Source: a virus. Taken from it: a DNA stretch of 43,507 nucleotides. Below the pieces are notes generated by a model that worked only from the letters and a program-made list of their open reading frames with translations, was not told the DNA's origin and ran no database searches. The DNA lies in the IMG/VR virus record IMGVR_UViG_3300005260_000002, positions 1 through 43,507 of that record. One strand, 5' to 3'. A program made the translations under genes and the position numbers. Shown piece after piece: positions 24,791 to 33,243 of the stretch (positions are counted from its first letter, which is position 1; each line of letters begins with the position of its first letter).

Positions 24791-27700
24791 CTATTGATCG
24801 TGCGTTTCGATGTTGCCGCCGATTGCCACCACGTTCACGGGATACGGTCGTGAGACGCGCCAGCAGATCATGCCGTCGTAGGTCGTGTCGTCTTCGATGG
24901 TGTCTTGGTAGATGCCGCTGAACATATCGAGTGGAGCTAATGCTGTTTCGCCGTCGACCAGCTTGAACAGGCACGGCTGTAAATTGTCGAACGTGGTACC
25001 GATCGACAGACCCTTGGTGTTCACGATCTGAATGCTGTAGCGATGGTTGCGCTTGAGCTTGCCAAATGCAGGGCCGTTGCGCGCACCGGTTTCTGCCATC
25101 GCAACCGGACGCACAAGCTGGCCGTCGGAATTGTAGGTGAATCCGACCACGATGGTTGCGCCGGAATTGATCAGATCAGCAGTGAACAGCCCCTGCCCGC
25201 ATCCGGCGGAAATGCTGTCGCCGAACGGCACGAAGCACGATCCATTCGTCACCAGAAAATCGGTGAAGGTGCTGGCGGCGTTCTGCGGGTCGTCACCGCG
25301 GTTGCCGCAGTCCAGCCCACCAGCGAATACCTGAACGGTCTTGCCGTTGAGATGCCACAGGCCGTTGAGCGTCGCGCCGCCGTATGGCGCACCATCAACA
25401 GCCGTCGTCGATACGACAACCGTGCTTGGCGTGACGGCGCTGTCGAGGTAGCAGGCAGCATCGAGCGGTGCGAGTTCGTCCAACGCATCGGTAATGATCT
25501 CGACATGACGCACGTTGGTGGTGTCGTCATTCGTCACCATTGTCAGCGAGTCGAGGTTGCCATTGATCGACGGACCCGAGCAGATGCTTTCCACCATACG
25601 GCCCGATCCCAGCCCGTGACGATGCCAGCCGTTGAATGTCGGACCCTGCGCCGTCGTCAGCGTGTCGCGCTTGTAGGTCGATCCGAACAGACTGCCATCC
25701 GATCCACGTCCCCAAATGATCGGCGTGACCGCCTGCTGATAGGCGAGTTCGGCGATACCGGCGCTGGTGATGTGTTGCGCCTTGTCAGCAAGATTTGGAG
25801 CGCTGAACTTGCCGGAGTAAACGTCCGCGAAATACTCCATCAATTTCTTGCTGTAACGCTGAGCGAACACCAGCGTGTGGTCGGTCCGGCGTGGCTCGAC
25901 GTTGGCCCCGCCGATGGTGGTCACGCGACGCGCGGCAATGTTCGTCGGCGACATCGGGCCGTTGGTCGGTGCCTGAAGAAGTACCTCGCCAGCCTGCGTG
26001 CCGATGATGATGCCCTGCAAATCAGGCACCATCCACAAGATCGGATTCACGCTGTCGCTATTCAGCACTTCGGTTATCGCGTTCGCATCCGACACGGCAC
26101 CATCCGGCCCAGTCGGGGCAAAATTGATAACGCTTCCGTCGATGCCGTTCGACACGCTCGCATCGAAGCGATTGGAGATGGCGCCGCCCAGCCAGAGCCG
26201 CCCCTCATTGTAGCAGCCGCATGTCGGATAGCCTGTCGTGTCGCTGTACGCACCGAGCCGCCATGTGGTGATGAGGTTCGTATTCGGCAGCGGAGGTCCT
26301 GACAACTGAACTGACACGACCGTTCCAGGTGCAGCCGACGAATTGTAAAATTCGATCTGGCTAAAATAGAAGTTCATCGTTAGCTGAGCGCGATACCCAG
26401 TCGTGTCGACGCGGAGAGTGATCCAGACATAGCGAAATGTCGTCACGCTATCGGAGGAGACTAATGTAATGGGAGTCGTCTGGTTTGAAGAAATCGTAAT
26501 CGATTTTGTGGCAAGAACCGTGCCCTCATTTCCAGTAACTGGCGCCGTGTTGCTTGCATGCAGGGAAACTGAGATCGGCGTAAAATATCCCCACCCATCG
26601 CCGAAGGTCTGCGCGAATTTGAAAATTCCGAGATCGGTCGATGGGGTATAGATCGCCGTCAGAATTGCCTTCGGCGACGCGCCATAATCCTTTCCGACAA
26701 ATGCTCGCGAGTTGATCGTGACGGGAAATGACGTAGCTTGCAGATTATAGCTTTGAATAAACGCCGTCGAATGCGCCGCGTCCTGACCAACCACGCTATC
26801 GAACGACGCAGCGAGACCGCCGCCGGACACCGGACCGGCCTGATCCGCAGCGCCCATGATGGTGCCCAGCGTGCGATCAATCAGGCCAACATCCGACATC
26901 GCCAGAATCTTGCCCCACGTCCATCCTGGCGATTGAACATCCCAGAACGACGACGAGGCCGACGGGGTGTTGTTCAAGTTGTCGCCGATGAGCGAAACAA
27001 AACCAGTGCTGCTGTTCGTGACGAGATCACCTTCTGCGTAGGTCGTCGCGCTGCTCCATGCTGGACCCGCAGATGAATTCAGAAGGCGAATGTGGCGACC
27101 TATATCGGTCGGAACAAATCCATTCGGGCCAATCGCATCACCAAACGACACCACCTGCCAGAATGTCGGAGATGATGCCGGGGCATTGCCAACGTTTTCG
27201 TTGGCGAGTGACTTATATCCGACGCCCGAAGCTGACGCATACTCGCCCTTATTGTAGGCATGCGCGGCGCTGTACGGCTGAAAACCCAACGTGAGATTGA
27301 TAATTCCAGTTGTGCCAGACGGGCTCACCGTCGACCCGTCAACGGGATCGAGGTACGGACCGTCCAAGAACGTCACATCTTCTATAGAAAATATTGCGTC
27401 CGTCGTTGATGACGGAAGCGATGCCACGCTGACAGCTTGCGGAATGATTGAACTGTTGAGCAAGATCGCGGTCGTCTCAGCCTGAACTGCGCGCATCTGA
27501 GCCCATGCGCCGCCAGCGTAAGGCGATGCGAGTTCTTGCACCCGATTAATGATTCCGGGTCCTGACGCATTGAGGATTGCGCCATCTATGTTCGCTCCGG
27601 TGATTTCGTCCTGCAACGAGAAATGCGTCGTGTCGACTACAGTGATCTTGAAGCGGCGGTTTTCGAGCAATGGAGAAGGCGCTGGAGCGGAAAACTGCAC

Positions 27701-28084
27701 CGAGTTTCCGGTCAACCAGCCGCTGGCTTGGTTTGTCTCGACCACAGCCGGATTGGCAGTTGACACAGAATCTGCGGATTGAAGGTCGTTGGTGGTCGCA
27801 ATGTTTGCCCCGCTGCGAAAGCGGATGAAGCCGTCGGTAAACTCCATCGTGTACGGGTTCGACTGCTCAAAGTCGAAGCGGATCACACGACCGGGAGAAC
27901 CCGCGCGCGTCGCCCCGCCGAACCGCGTACCGGGGCGGCGAATCCACGTTCCGATTTCGGTCGGGAAACCGTTGAAGCAGACGTTGAGCGAGACGCGATA
28001 GTCCGGCTTGTCGAACCGGCCCTGCGCGAATTTGGAGAGCTCACCGCCCAAGAAATTCGGCTGAACGTATGACGCCATCGCCAT
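24791..28084 (-). CDS. Tail tubular protein B-like / nozzle protein (1097 aa)
   Basis: N-terminus YVQPNFLGGELSKFAQGRFDKPDYRVSLNVCFNGFPTEIGTWIRRPGTRF recalls podovirus nozzle/stabilisation proteins; size and synteny. Confidence 0.65.
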   Translation of the reverse strand: MAMASYVQPNFLGGELSKFAQGRFDKPDYRVSLNVCFNGFPTEIGTWIRRPGTRFGGATRAGSPGRVIRFDFEQSNPYTMEFTDGFIRFRSGANIATTNDLQSADSVSTANPAVVETNQASGWLTGNSVQFSAPAPSPLLENRRFKITVVDTTHFSLQDEITGANIDGAILNASGPGIINRVQELASPYAGGAWAQMRAVQAETTAILLNSSIIPQAVSVASLPSSTTDAIFSIEDVTFLDGPYLDPVDGSTVSPSGTTGIINLTLGFQPYSAAHAYNKGEYASASGVGYKSLANENVGNAPASSPTFWQVVSFGDAIGPNGFVPTDIGRHIRLLNSSAGPAWSSATTYAEGDLVTNSSTGFVSLIGDNLNNTPSASSSFWDVQSPGWTWGKILAMSDVGLIDRTLGTIMGAADQAGPVSGGGLAASFDSVVGQDAAHSTAFIQSYNLQATSFPVTINSRAFVGKDYGASPKAILTAIYTPSTDLGIFKFAQTFGDGWGYFTPISVSLHASNTAPVTGNEGTVLATKSITISSNQTTPITLVSSDSVTTFRYVWITLRVDTTGYRAQLTMNFYFSQIEFYNSSAAPGTVVSVQLSGPPLPNTNLITTWRLGAYSDTTGYPTCGCYNEGRLWLGGAISNRFDASVSNGIDGSVINFAPTGPDGAVSDANAITEVLNSDSVNPILWMVPDLQGIIIGTQAGEVLLQAPTNGPMSPTNIAARRVTTIGGANVEPRRTDHTLVFAQRYSKKLMEYFADVYSGKFSAPNLADKAQHITSAGIAELAYQQAVTPIIWGRGSDGSLFGSTYKRDTLTTAQGPTFNGWHRHGLGSGRMVESICSGPSINGNLDSLTMVTNDDTTNVRHVEIITDALDELAPLDAACYLDSAVTPSTVVVSTTAVDGAPYGGATLNGLWHLNGKTVQVFAGGLDCGNRGDDPQNAASTFTDFLVTNGSCFVPFGDSISAGCGQGLFTADLINSGATIVVGFTYNSDGQLVRPVAMAETGARNGPAFGKLKRNHRYSIQIVNTKGLSIGTTFDNLQPCLFKLVDGETALAPLDMFSGIYQDTIEDDTTYDGMICWRVSRPYPVNVVAIGGNIETHDQ

Positions 28085-28085
28085 G

Positions 28086-29378
28086 TCACAACCTCACGGT
28101 GAGGTATGGGTCGTCCGGCGGTTCGTCCGATCCGGTTTGAATTCCGTTGACCGTGCGCGCGTCGTCGATGGCGAGCTTGTACATTCCGGCGATGGTGTGG
28201 ATCTGTGAATCCGACTGCGTGAGCGGTTCGCACACCTCCAAACCGATGCGCGCGGCAAGCCCTTCGCAGAACATGTCGTCCATCAACGTCACGTCGGAGA
28301 TGTCGGCCGCGAAGCGATACGGGATCACATCACCATAGCGGGAGATGAGGTATCCGTTCTCATAAGCCCAATCGTTGAGGAATGGCCCGGCAGGCGCACC
28401 GAGCCACGATAGGCCATTATTGTTCGGGTCCTGCTGCGCCTCGCGCAGCCAGTTCGCAGGCAGCTTGAAGATGTTGCGCGTGGTGGCCTGCGATGATGGT
28501 CCGCATCCGATCGGATAGATCAGGTTCAGCGTCTGCAACGCCACGCCATTCGGGAATTCGGCGCCGCCGATCTGCAGCCATTTGATCGATCCGACACCGC
28601 CAACGAACACGGTGGTCCACGGATTGAGGACGCCGGTATTCGCCCAATGCACACCAGCATCGCTGACAGGATCGTTGCCGAGGTTTCCGCCAGCCAACGA
28701 CTCGTAGATCACGCCATCCGAAGCGCCCACCTTGTCGCCCGAGGCATAGGTGGTTGCGATATCGAATAGCGCCGGCGCAAGGTCCGGCTGATTGTTCGTG
28801 TTCAGGTCGATCAGGCTCATGTACGAAACGAGCCCGAACGAAACCACCTGATTTTTGAAATAGACCGCCGTGGCATCGTAGACCGTCGGCGCTGACGGTG
28901 AGTCCGAATTGCCGTCGATCAGCGACAGGTAGACGCGGTAGGTGCCATCGCCGACCGCCGTGTAGACGACCTCGCCGGGATAATAGGAAGCGGCGGAGTT
29001 CCACAACGACGCGGTGAGCCCGCCGAAATACTGCTGCCAGACGGCCGTGCTGAGCGGATCGTTGTTGAGATTGAATGGCGCCTGCGAAATCCAGATCGTG
29101 CCGAACTGGTCGGTGACGATCGATCCCACGAAATAGGTCACGCTCGGCGACCACAGCGTCGGCACTACAAGCATGGTGCTGATATCGACCGGCCGCAGCA
29201 CCGTCCGGCGGATCGAGAACGACCACACGTTGCGGCGAAGTTCAGCCCGGCGCAGCTTGTCGTAGCAGAACGCGACTTCCTTGGCGTTCTTGCTGATCTC
29301 GGTGAAGCTGGAAATGCGTGTGACGCCGCAATGCTGCAGCGCGCGGTTGGCAATGTCGATTGGCGTTCGAAACCCCAT
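28086..29378 (-). CDS. Tail tubular protein A-like / adaptor with an inserted repeat domain (430 aa)
   Basis: IDIANRALQHCGVTRISSFTEISKNAKEVAFCYDKLRRAELRRNVWSF N-terminal pattern, plus four ~40-aa aromatic repeats. Confidence 0.6.
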   Translation of the reverse strand: MGFRTPIDIANRALQHCGVTRISSFTEISKNAKEVAFCYDKLRRAELRRNVWSFSIRRTVLRPVDISTMLVVPTLWSPSVTYFVGSIVTDQFGTIWISQAPFNLNNDPLSTAVWQQYFGGLTASLWNSAASYYPGEVVYTAVGDGTYRVYLSLIDGNSDSPSAPTVYDATAVYFKNQVVSFGLVSYMSLIDLNTNNQPDLAPALFDIATTYASGDKVGASDGVIYESLAGGNLGNDPVSDAGVHWANTGVLNPWTTVFVGGVGSIKWLQIGGAEFPNGVALQTLNLIYPIGCGPSSQATTRNIFKLPANWLREAQQDPNNNGLSWLGAPAGPFLNDWAYENGYLISRYGDVIPYRFAADISDVTLMDDMFCEGLAARIGLEVCEPLTQSDSQIHTIAGMYKLAIDDARTVNGIQTGSDEPPDDPYLTVRL

Positions 29379-29407
29379 GCCTGACCATCTGTCAGGCTGT
29401 CAGGGTG

Positions 29408-29419
29408 GACAACGCACCG
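29408..29419 (-). promoter_or_regulatory. Late-strand motif copy 3 (coding strand CG-GTGCGTTG-TC), 31 nt before ATG 29378
   Basis: Exact 8-mer at 29410-29417. The CCTGAC/GTCAGG hairpin 29380-29396 lies between the motif and the ATG. Confidence 0.55.
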
Positions 29420-29422
29420 CCC

Positions 29423-29851
29423 CTATCGCTGGTAGCCCCAGGCGCTGACGGAGGCGTTCGTGTTGCCAGCCCCGAGGGTCGGCAGCGTCACAACGACGGC
29501 GGTGTTCGGCGCGGACGCTGAGATGCATGGCGTGAACGGGACAACCAGAGACGGGTTGCTCAGGGTCGCACCCGCGACGCTGGCATAGGTGAAAGTGAGC
29601 GTCCCGGTGACCGTGCCGGTGACCGTCGGATTGACAATCGCAGCACCTGTCGAGCCGGACGAGGTGATGGCGAAGCCGCAGATGTAGGTGACGCGGCCAG
29701 TGGCGGCGGCAAGAGTGGCGACCGCAGCACCGGCGGCAACATTGCCCGACGAGGCCGTGATCCCGACGCCCTGCAAGGGCAGCGGCGATTGCGCGAAGGC
29801 CGGAAAACCCGACAGGAAAACGAAGGCAAGTGCGGCAAGGTGCTTGCGCAT
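29423..29851 (-). CDS. Signal-peptide-bearing beta-rich protein (142 aa) within the structural module
   Basis: MRKHLAALAFVFLSGFPAFA-QSP, then a T/S/G/A/V-rich sequence. Confidence 0.7.
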   Translation of the reverse strand: MRKHLAALAFVFLSGFPAFAQSPLPLQGVGITASSGNVAAGAAVATLAAATGRVTYICGFAITSSGSTGAAIVNPTVTGTVTGTLTFTYASVAGATLSNPSLVVPFTPCISASAPNTAVVVTLPTLGAGNTNASVSAWGYQR

Positions 29852-29852
29852 G

Positions 29853-30074
29853 CTACCCCGCCACGTCGAAGCCGGCAGCGGATACCTGCTGCGCGTTCTC
29901 GAAGAACCGCTCGATGGCTTCCAGCGCCTTGAGAACTTCGACCTTCTTCGGCGTCACGCCGTCGAGGACACGAAATTCAAACTGCGCCGTCGCCGCCGAG
30001 GACGTGCCCACGGTGAAGTCGGAATACTTGCTTCCTTCCACACCGCGAGCGATTGCTACGAAATGGTCTGACAT
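29853..30074 (-). CDS. Hypothetical structural-module protein (73 aa)
   Basis: ORF track 29853..30074; tight packing with its neighbours. Confidence 0.6.
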   Translation of the reverse strand: MSDHFVAIARGVEGSKYSDFTVGTSSAATAQFEFRVLDGVTPKKVEVLKALEAIERFFENAQQVSAAGFDVAG

Positions 30075-30082
30075 GGCTTACC

Positions 30083-30616
30083 TCAGTCGGTGTAGTCGAC
30101 AGTCATGCCCATCTTGCCGGTGCCGGTGGTGATCGCGGTCGTGAGCGTGCCCACGATGTCGATGTATCCGCCGGGATCGGACGAGAGGCCAAGTGCCTGC
30201 CAAAGCGGCATGTTGCGCTTCGCAGGGGTGTTGGTGCCACTTTCATTGATGACGTTCGTCGGCTGCGACGCAGAGGTCAGCGCGATGGCAGAGGCGAAGA
30301 AGGCCTGATTGATGGCATTGGCTGCCAGCAACGAGGTCGGCTTTCCACCCTCGCCGTCGGTCGCGTAATAGGCGCCGATATCGATGGCACCCGCCGCCTG
30401 CGCTTCCGACTCGAAGTCCATGCGCTTGAGCTTGGCGTTCGAGGGGACACGGACGAACTGATAGGTGGCATTGATCGAAGACGAAGCGACGCCGACGACA
30501 TCGCCGGACGAGATCGACTTGAGCGGCGCGGGGCCACCCTCGCCGGCCGTGTTCTGCACGACCGGGGAAGCGTCGAGGTTTGTGATCGGGGTGGATTTGA
30601 CGTGATCGACTGACAT
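30083..30616 (-). CDS. Putative capsid decoration/cement protein (177 aa)
   Basis: Immediately downstream of the capsid gene. AGGGAG SD. Confidence 0.5.
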   Translation of the reverse strand: MSVDHVKSTPITNLDASPVVQNTAGEGGPAPLKSISSGDVVGVASSSINATYQFVRVPSNAKLKRMDFESEAQAAGAIDIGAYYATDGEGGKPTSLLAANAINQAFFASAIALTSASQPTNVINESGTNTPAKRNMPLWQALGLSSDPGGYIDIVGTLTTAITTGTGKMGMTVDYTD

Positions 30617-30629
30617 GTTCGTTGCTCCC

Positions 30630-31553
30630 TTACGGCGTTACGTCGGCGGCGGCCGAGGTATCGGCGCAGTCGCATTCCAGCAGTCGGCCGGGTTCGAGAC
30701 GCGTCGCACCCGAGGACATCATCGTATAAATCTGGTACGGCAGCCCGCTCAGGTCCTTGCGGCGATCGACATCGTTCTCGGTGTCTTTCCAGACGCCGAG
30801 GTAGAGGCCAGACTTCGCGAAGGGGATGTTCTGGCGGACGTTCGAAGCGGACGGAAGCCGCTCCGAATAAACGATGTCCCAGCCCAGCAGGCGCGTGACC
30901 TTGCCGTCGGTGAGCACGGGGCGCTCCGAAAACTCGGTGGAGACAACCTGAACCTGATTGAGCAGATCGGATTCGCCCTGCGAGTTGGTCACCCAGGTGA
31001 GGGTTTCCTCCTCCATGTCGACCTGAGCCTTGCGCATGATGCGCTTGGCTTCGATCATCTTGGCGACCGTGAGGCCCGATGCAGCCGCCGAGCCGAACGT
31101 CGATGAGACGGTCCAGCTTGACGAGATCGAGGCCCACGTTTCCGTGGTGAAGGATGCACCGTCGGTGCCCAGCAGCGCGCTACCGAAGGCGGCGCTGATG
31201 AGGCGGTCGTCCCATTCACGGGCGACAGCCGCAGCCGCACCGGCGACTTCCTGCGAAGTCGGATCGATGGCGGTCTTGAGCTTGTCGAAGGTGTCGATGA
31301 GCTGGTTGCAATCGCGATCGACCGGGGTGACCCAGCGCCGCGTGAAGCTGGCGTCCTGTCGGCCAATCGGTGCAAATCGGCCCGCAACGGGCTTCATCTG
31401 CACAGCGCCGTAGTACTGGATCGGCGAGGCTTGCTTGCCGACGTGATAGCCCTCCATGACCCGGCCGCGCAGCTTGGAAGTCTTCTGCTGCAGCTTGAGC
31501 GCGAGCATCGTGGAGAATTCGGTCGTGAATAGCGAAGGGAGGTTCTCGGACAT
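30630..31553 (-). CDS. Major capsid protein (307 aa)
   Basis: Position after the scaffold gene, size, and N-terminus MSENLPSLFTTEFSTMLALKLQQKTSKLRGRV typical of podovirus coat proteins. Confidence 0.75.
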   Translation of the reverse strand: MSENLPSLFTTEFSTMLALKLQQKTSKLRGRVMEGYHVGKQASPIQYYGAVQMKPVAGRFAPIGRQDASFTRRWVTPVDRDCNQLIDTFDKLKTAIDPTSQEVAGAAAAVAREWDDRLISAAFGSALLGTDGASFTTETWASISSSWTVSSTFGSAAASGLTVAKMIEAKRIMRKAQVDMEEETLTWVTNSQGESDLLNQVQVVSTEFSERPVLTDGKVTRLLGWDIVYSERLPSASNVRQNIPFAKSGLYLGVWKDTENDVDRRKDLSGLPYQIYTMMSSGATRLEPGRLLECDCADTSAAADVTP

Positions 31554-31590
31554 GGCTTTCCCGCCTAAAAAGGATTGTTGAACGTCAGCG

Positions 31591-31681
31591 GTCTTGTCCG
31601 TGCGGATGCACAGGGACCATCAATGCTCAGCCTTGTCCTTGCGGGGGCCGTCACTTACCCCAGTGGCCTTGTCCTTGCGGG
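31591..31681 (-). repeat. Three direct repeats in the capsid-gene leader (coding strand CGCAAGGACAAGGC x2 plus CGCACGGACAAGAC)
   Basis: Top strand gccttgtccttgcggg at 31630-45 and 31666-81 (36-bp period). Degenerate copy gtcttgtccgtgcgg at 31591-605. Confidence 0.6.
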
Positions 31682-31704
31682 AGCCATTTACGCGGGGTGT
31701 CTAT

Positions 31705-31727
31705 GGGCGGGGAAAATGCCCCCGCCC
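31705..31727 (-). terminator. GC-rich hairpin GGGCGGGG/CCCCGCCC after the Cys-rich gene
   Basis: 8-bp G/C stem and 7-nt loop, with no clear U-run. Confidence 0.4.
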
Positions 31728-31736
31728 TAGAATTTC

Positions 31737-31748
31737 AACAACGCACTC
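31737..31748 (-). promoter_or_regulatory. Late-strand motif copy 4 (coding strand GA-GTGCGTTG-TT)
   Basis: Exact 8-mer at 31739-31746, next to the stop codon at 31747. Heads the 193-nt capsid leader. Confidence 0.5.
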
Positions 31749-32082
31749 ACTTGAAGCGGTCGGGATCGATCCGCACGCCGATCTGTGCACGGGCGGATTC
31801 TATGCGCTTCAAAGCCGCGGTATCGCTCAGTTCGGAAGACCGAAGCGCGCCCTTGCAGGGGTGCGCGCAGTAATCCTTGCCGCTGATCGCGCAGCCCTTG
31901 ATGTTGCAGGAATCGGCACACGCCGTCCGCGTCATGCCGGGAAATGGCACGTTCGATTTCGGTTCGGCTTTGACCTTGGCGACAGTCCGCTTCTTGGCCT
32001 TCGACTTCTTCACCGGCTTGGCGAGCTTCGGCTTCTCGACCGGCGCATCGAAAATGACCTCGGGTGCATCGCTCATGCTCAT
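31747..32082 (-). CDS. Lys-rich / Cys-cluster protein (111 aa)
   Basis: ATGA overlap with the scaffold stop. KPKLAKPVKKSKAKKR, then C-x3-C-x4-C-x7-C-x3-C. Confidence 0.6.
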   Translation of the reverse strand: MSMSDAPEVIFDAPVEKPKLAKPVKKSKAKKRTVAKVKAEPKSNVPFPGMTRTACADSCNIKGCAISGKDYCAHPCKGALRSSELSDTAALKRIESARAQIGVRIDPDRFK

Positions 32083-32972
32083 GCTCCCGTGATCATCTGG
32101 TTAAGACGGGTCATTTCACGACGTGCCGCAGGATCGCCCGCGTTGTATTTCGTGACCCACGCATTATCGGCCATGAGTTCGGTCTTGCGGGCCTGCGCGC
32201 CTTCGAGGGTGGTGACCTCTCCCGTCGGTCCGCCGAGGCCACGTTCGATGAAGGTATCCTCGCGAGTGTTCGCGCCGATCTTGCGCATGGCCTCCATCAC
32301 CTGATCGTAGCCGATGGTGCCTTCCAGCGCCTTCACGCCATCGGGCGAAATGCCGAGGCGGCGCGCGCCTTCGATGGCCTGCAGGTGGTTGTAGGCGAAC
32401 TTGTCGCCCCAATTTTTCTGCAGATTGTCCTTCTGCTCCTGCAGCTTCGCCGTGGTGACGGCGTTGTCCTGCGTCGTCTTGGATTCGAGCGCCTTGGCGA
32501 TTGTCGCGGCGACCGCAGATGCAGCCTCCTTCGGCACACCCTTGTCGTACATGGTCGCGCGCATGGCATCCGCGAGCGAGGTGTCCTTCACTGACGAAAG
32601 GTCGTAATCCTTCGCCTCTTTCGGTGCGCCGATCTGTTCGTAATAGGCGCGGACATCCGCCGGCGCGGCGTCCGCCTTAGGGCGCTTGATGACCTGATCA
32701 GGCGACACGCCGATCAGCTTTTCCGCGCCGCGGTACATCTCGGTGAGCTTCAGCCCGAATTCCTTCGGGTCGTTCAGCGGAAGGCCCTTGTTCTCCCAGA
32801 AGCCCTTGACCTCGGGAGCAATGCCGTCGTGCCAAGCAGGAGTCGGCGGTGGTGCCGGAGGGGGTGCGGGCGGCGGCGCATTCTCATCGAAATGATTGCG
32901 TGGGCGGCCGGTCTTCCAGTTTTTTGCGTGTTGGTGATAGGCGGGATTATTCTTTGGTGCTGTCGTCGTCAT
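32079..32972 (-). CDS. Scaffolding protein (297 aa)
   Basis: Sits between portal and capsid. Charged, helical, Pro-rich N-terminus (PPPAPPPAPPPTP). Confidence 0.65.
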   Translation of the reverse strand: MTTTAPKNNPAYHQHAKNWKTGRPRNHFDENAPPPAPPPAPPPTPAWHDGIAPEVKGFWENKGLPLNDPKEFGLKLTEMYRGAEKLIGVSPDQVIKRPKADAAPADVRAYYEQIGAPKEAKDYDLSSVKDTSLADAMRATMYDKGVPKEAASAVAATIAKALESKTTQDNAVTTAKLQEQKDNLQKNWGDKFAYNHLQAIEGARRLGISPDGVKALEGTIGYDQVMEAMRKIGANTREDTFIERGLGGPTGEVTTLEGAQARKTELMADNAWVTKYNAGDPAARREMTRLNQMITGA

Positions 32973-33243
32973 GGCTTATCGCTCCTTTAGCGGGCCGGGT
33001 GTACTTTTCCATCAACTGCTCGACCGTCAGGTCAAGCTGGTCACGAATGCGCAGGTAGACTTCGCGTCGACCTTCCAGCACATACGTCTTGTCGCGGTCG
33101 CCGGGGACGACGCACGTTTCGTTCGCGCGGCAGAACACCGCGAGATCATCGAGAACCGTTTTCCCCGCCACATCGGCGAACGCGAGCATGTAAGCCCGCT
33201 GCCGATCGACGAGGATTTGCTTCACCTTTTCCGCGTCGCTCAT
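32947..33243 (-). CDS. Bbp19-like protein (98 aa)
   Basis: AFADVAGKTVLDDLAVFCRANETCVVPGDRDKTYVLEGRREVYLRI matches the Bbp19-family pattern as I recall it. ATGA overlap with the portal gene. Confidence 0.6.
   Translation of the reverse strand: MSDAEKVKQILVDRQRAYMLAFADVAGKTVLDDLAVFCRANETCVVPGDRDKTYVLEGRREVYLRIRDQLDLTVEQLMEKYTRPAKGAISHDDDSTKE

Noticed and set aside
26241-26252. 12-mer ACGCACCGAGCC shared with late-motif copy 2; similar GCACCGAGCC at about 28391
   Set aside because: It lacks the CAACGCAC core context (TACGCAC here) and lies inside a coding region. Probably chance or codon-driven.
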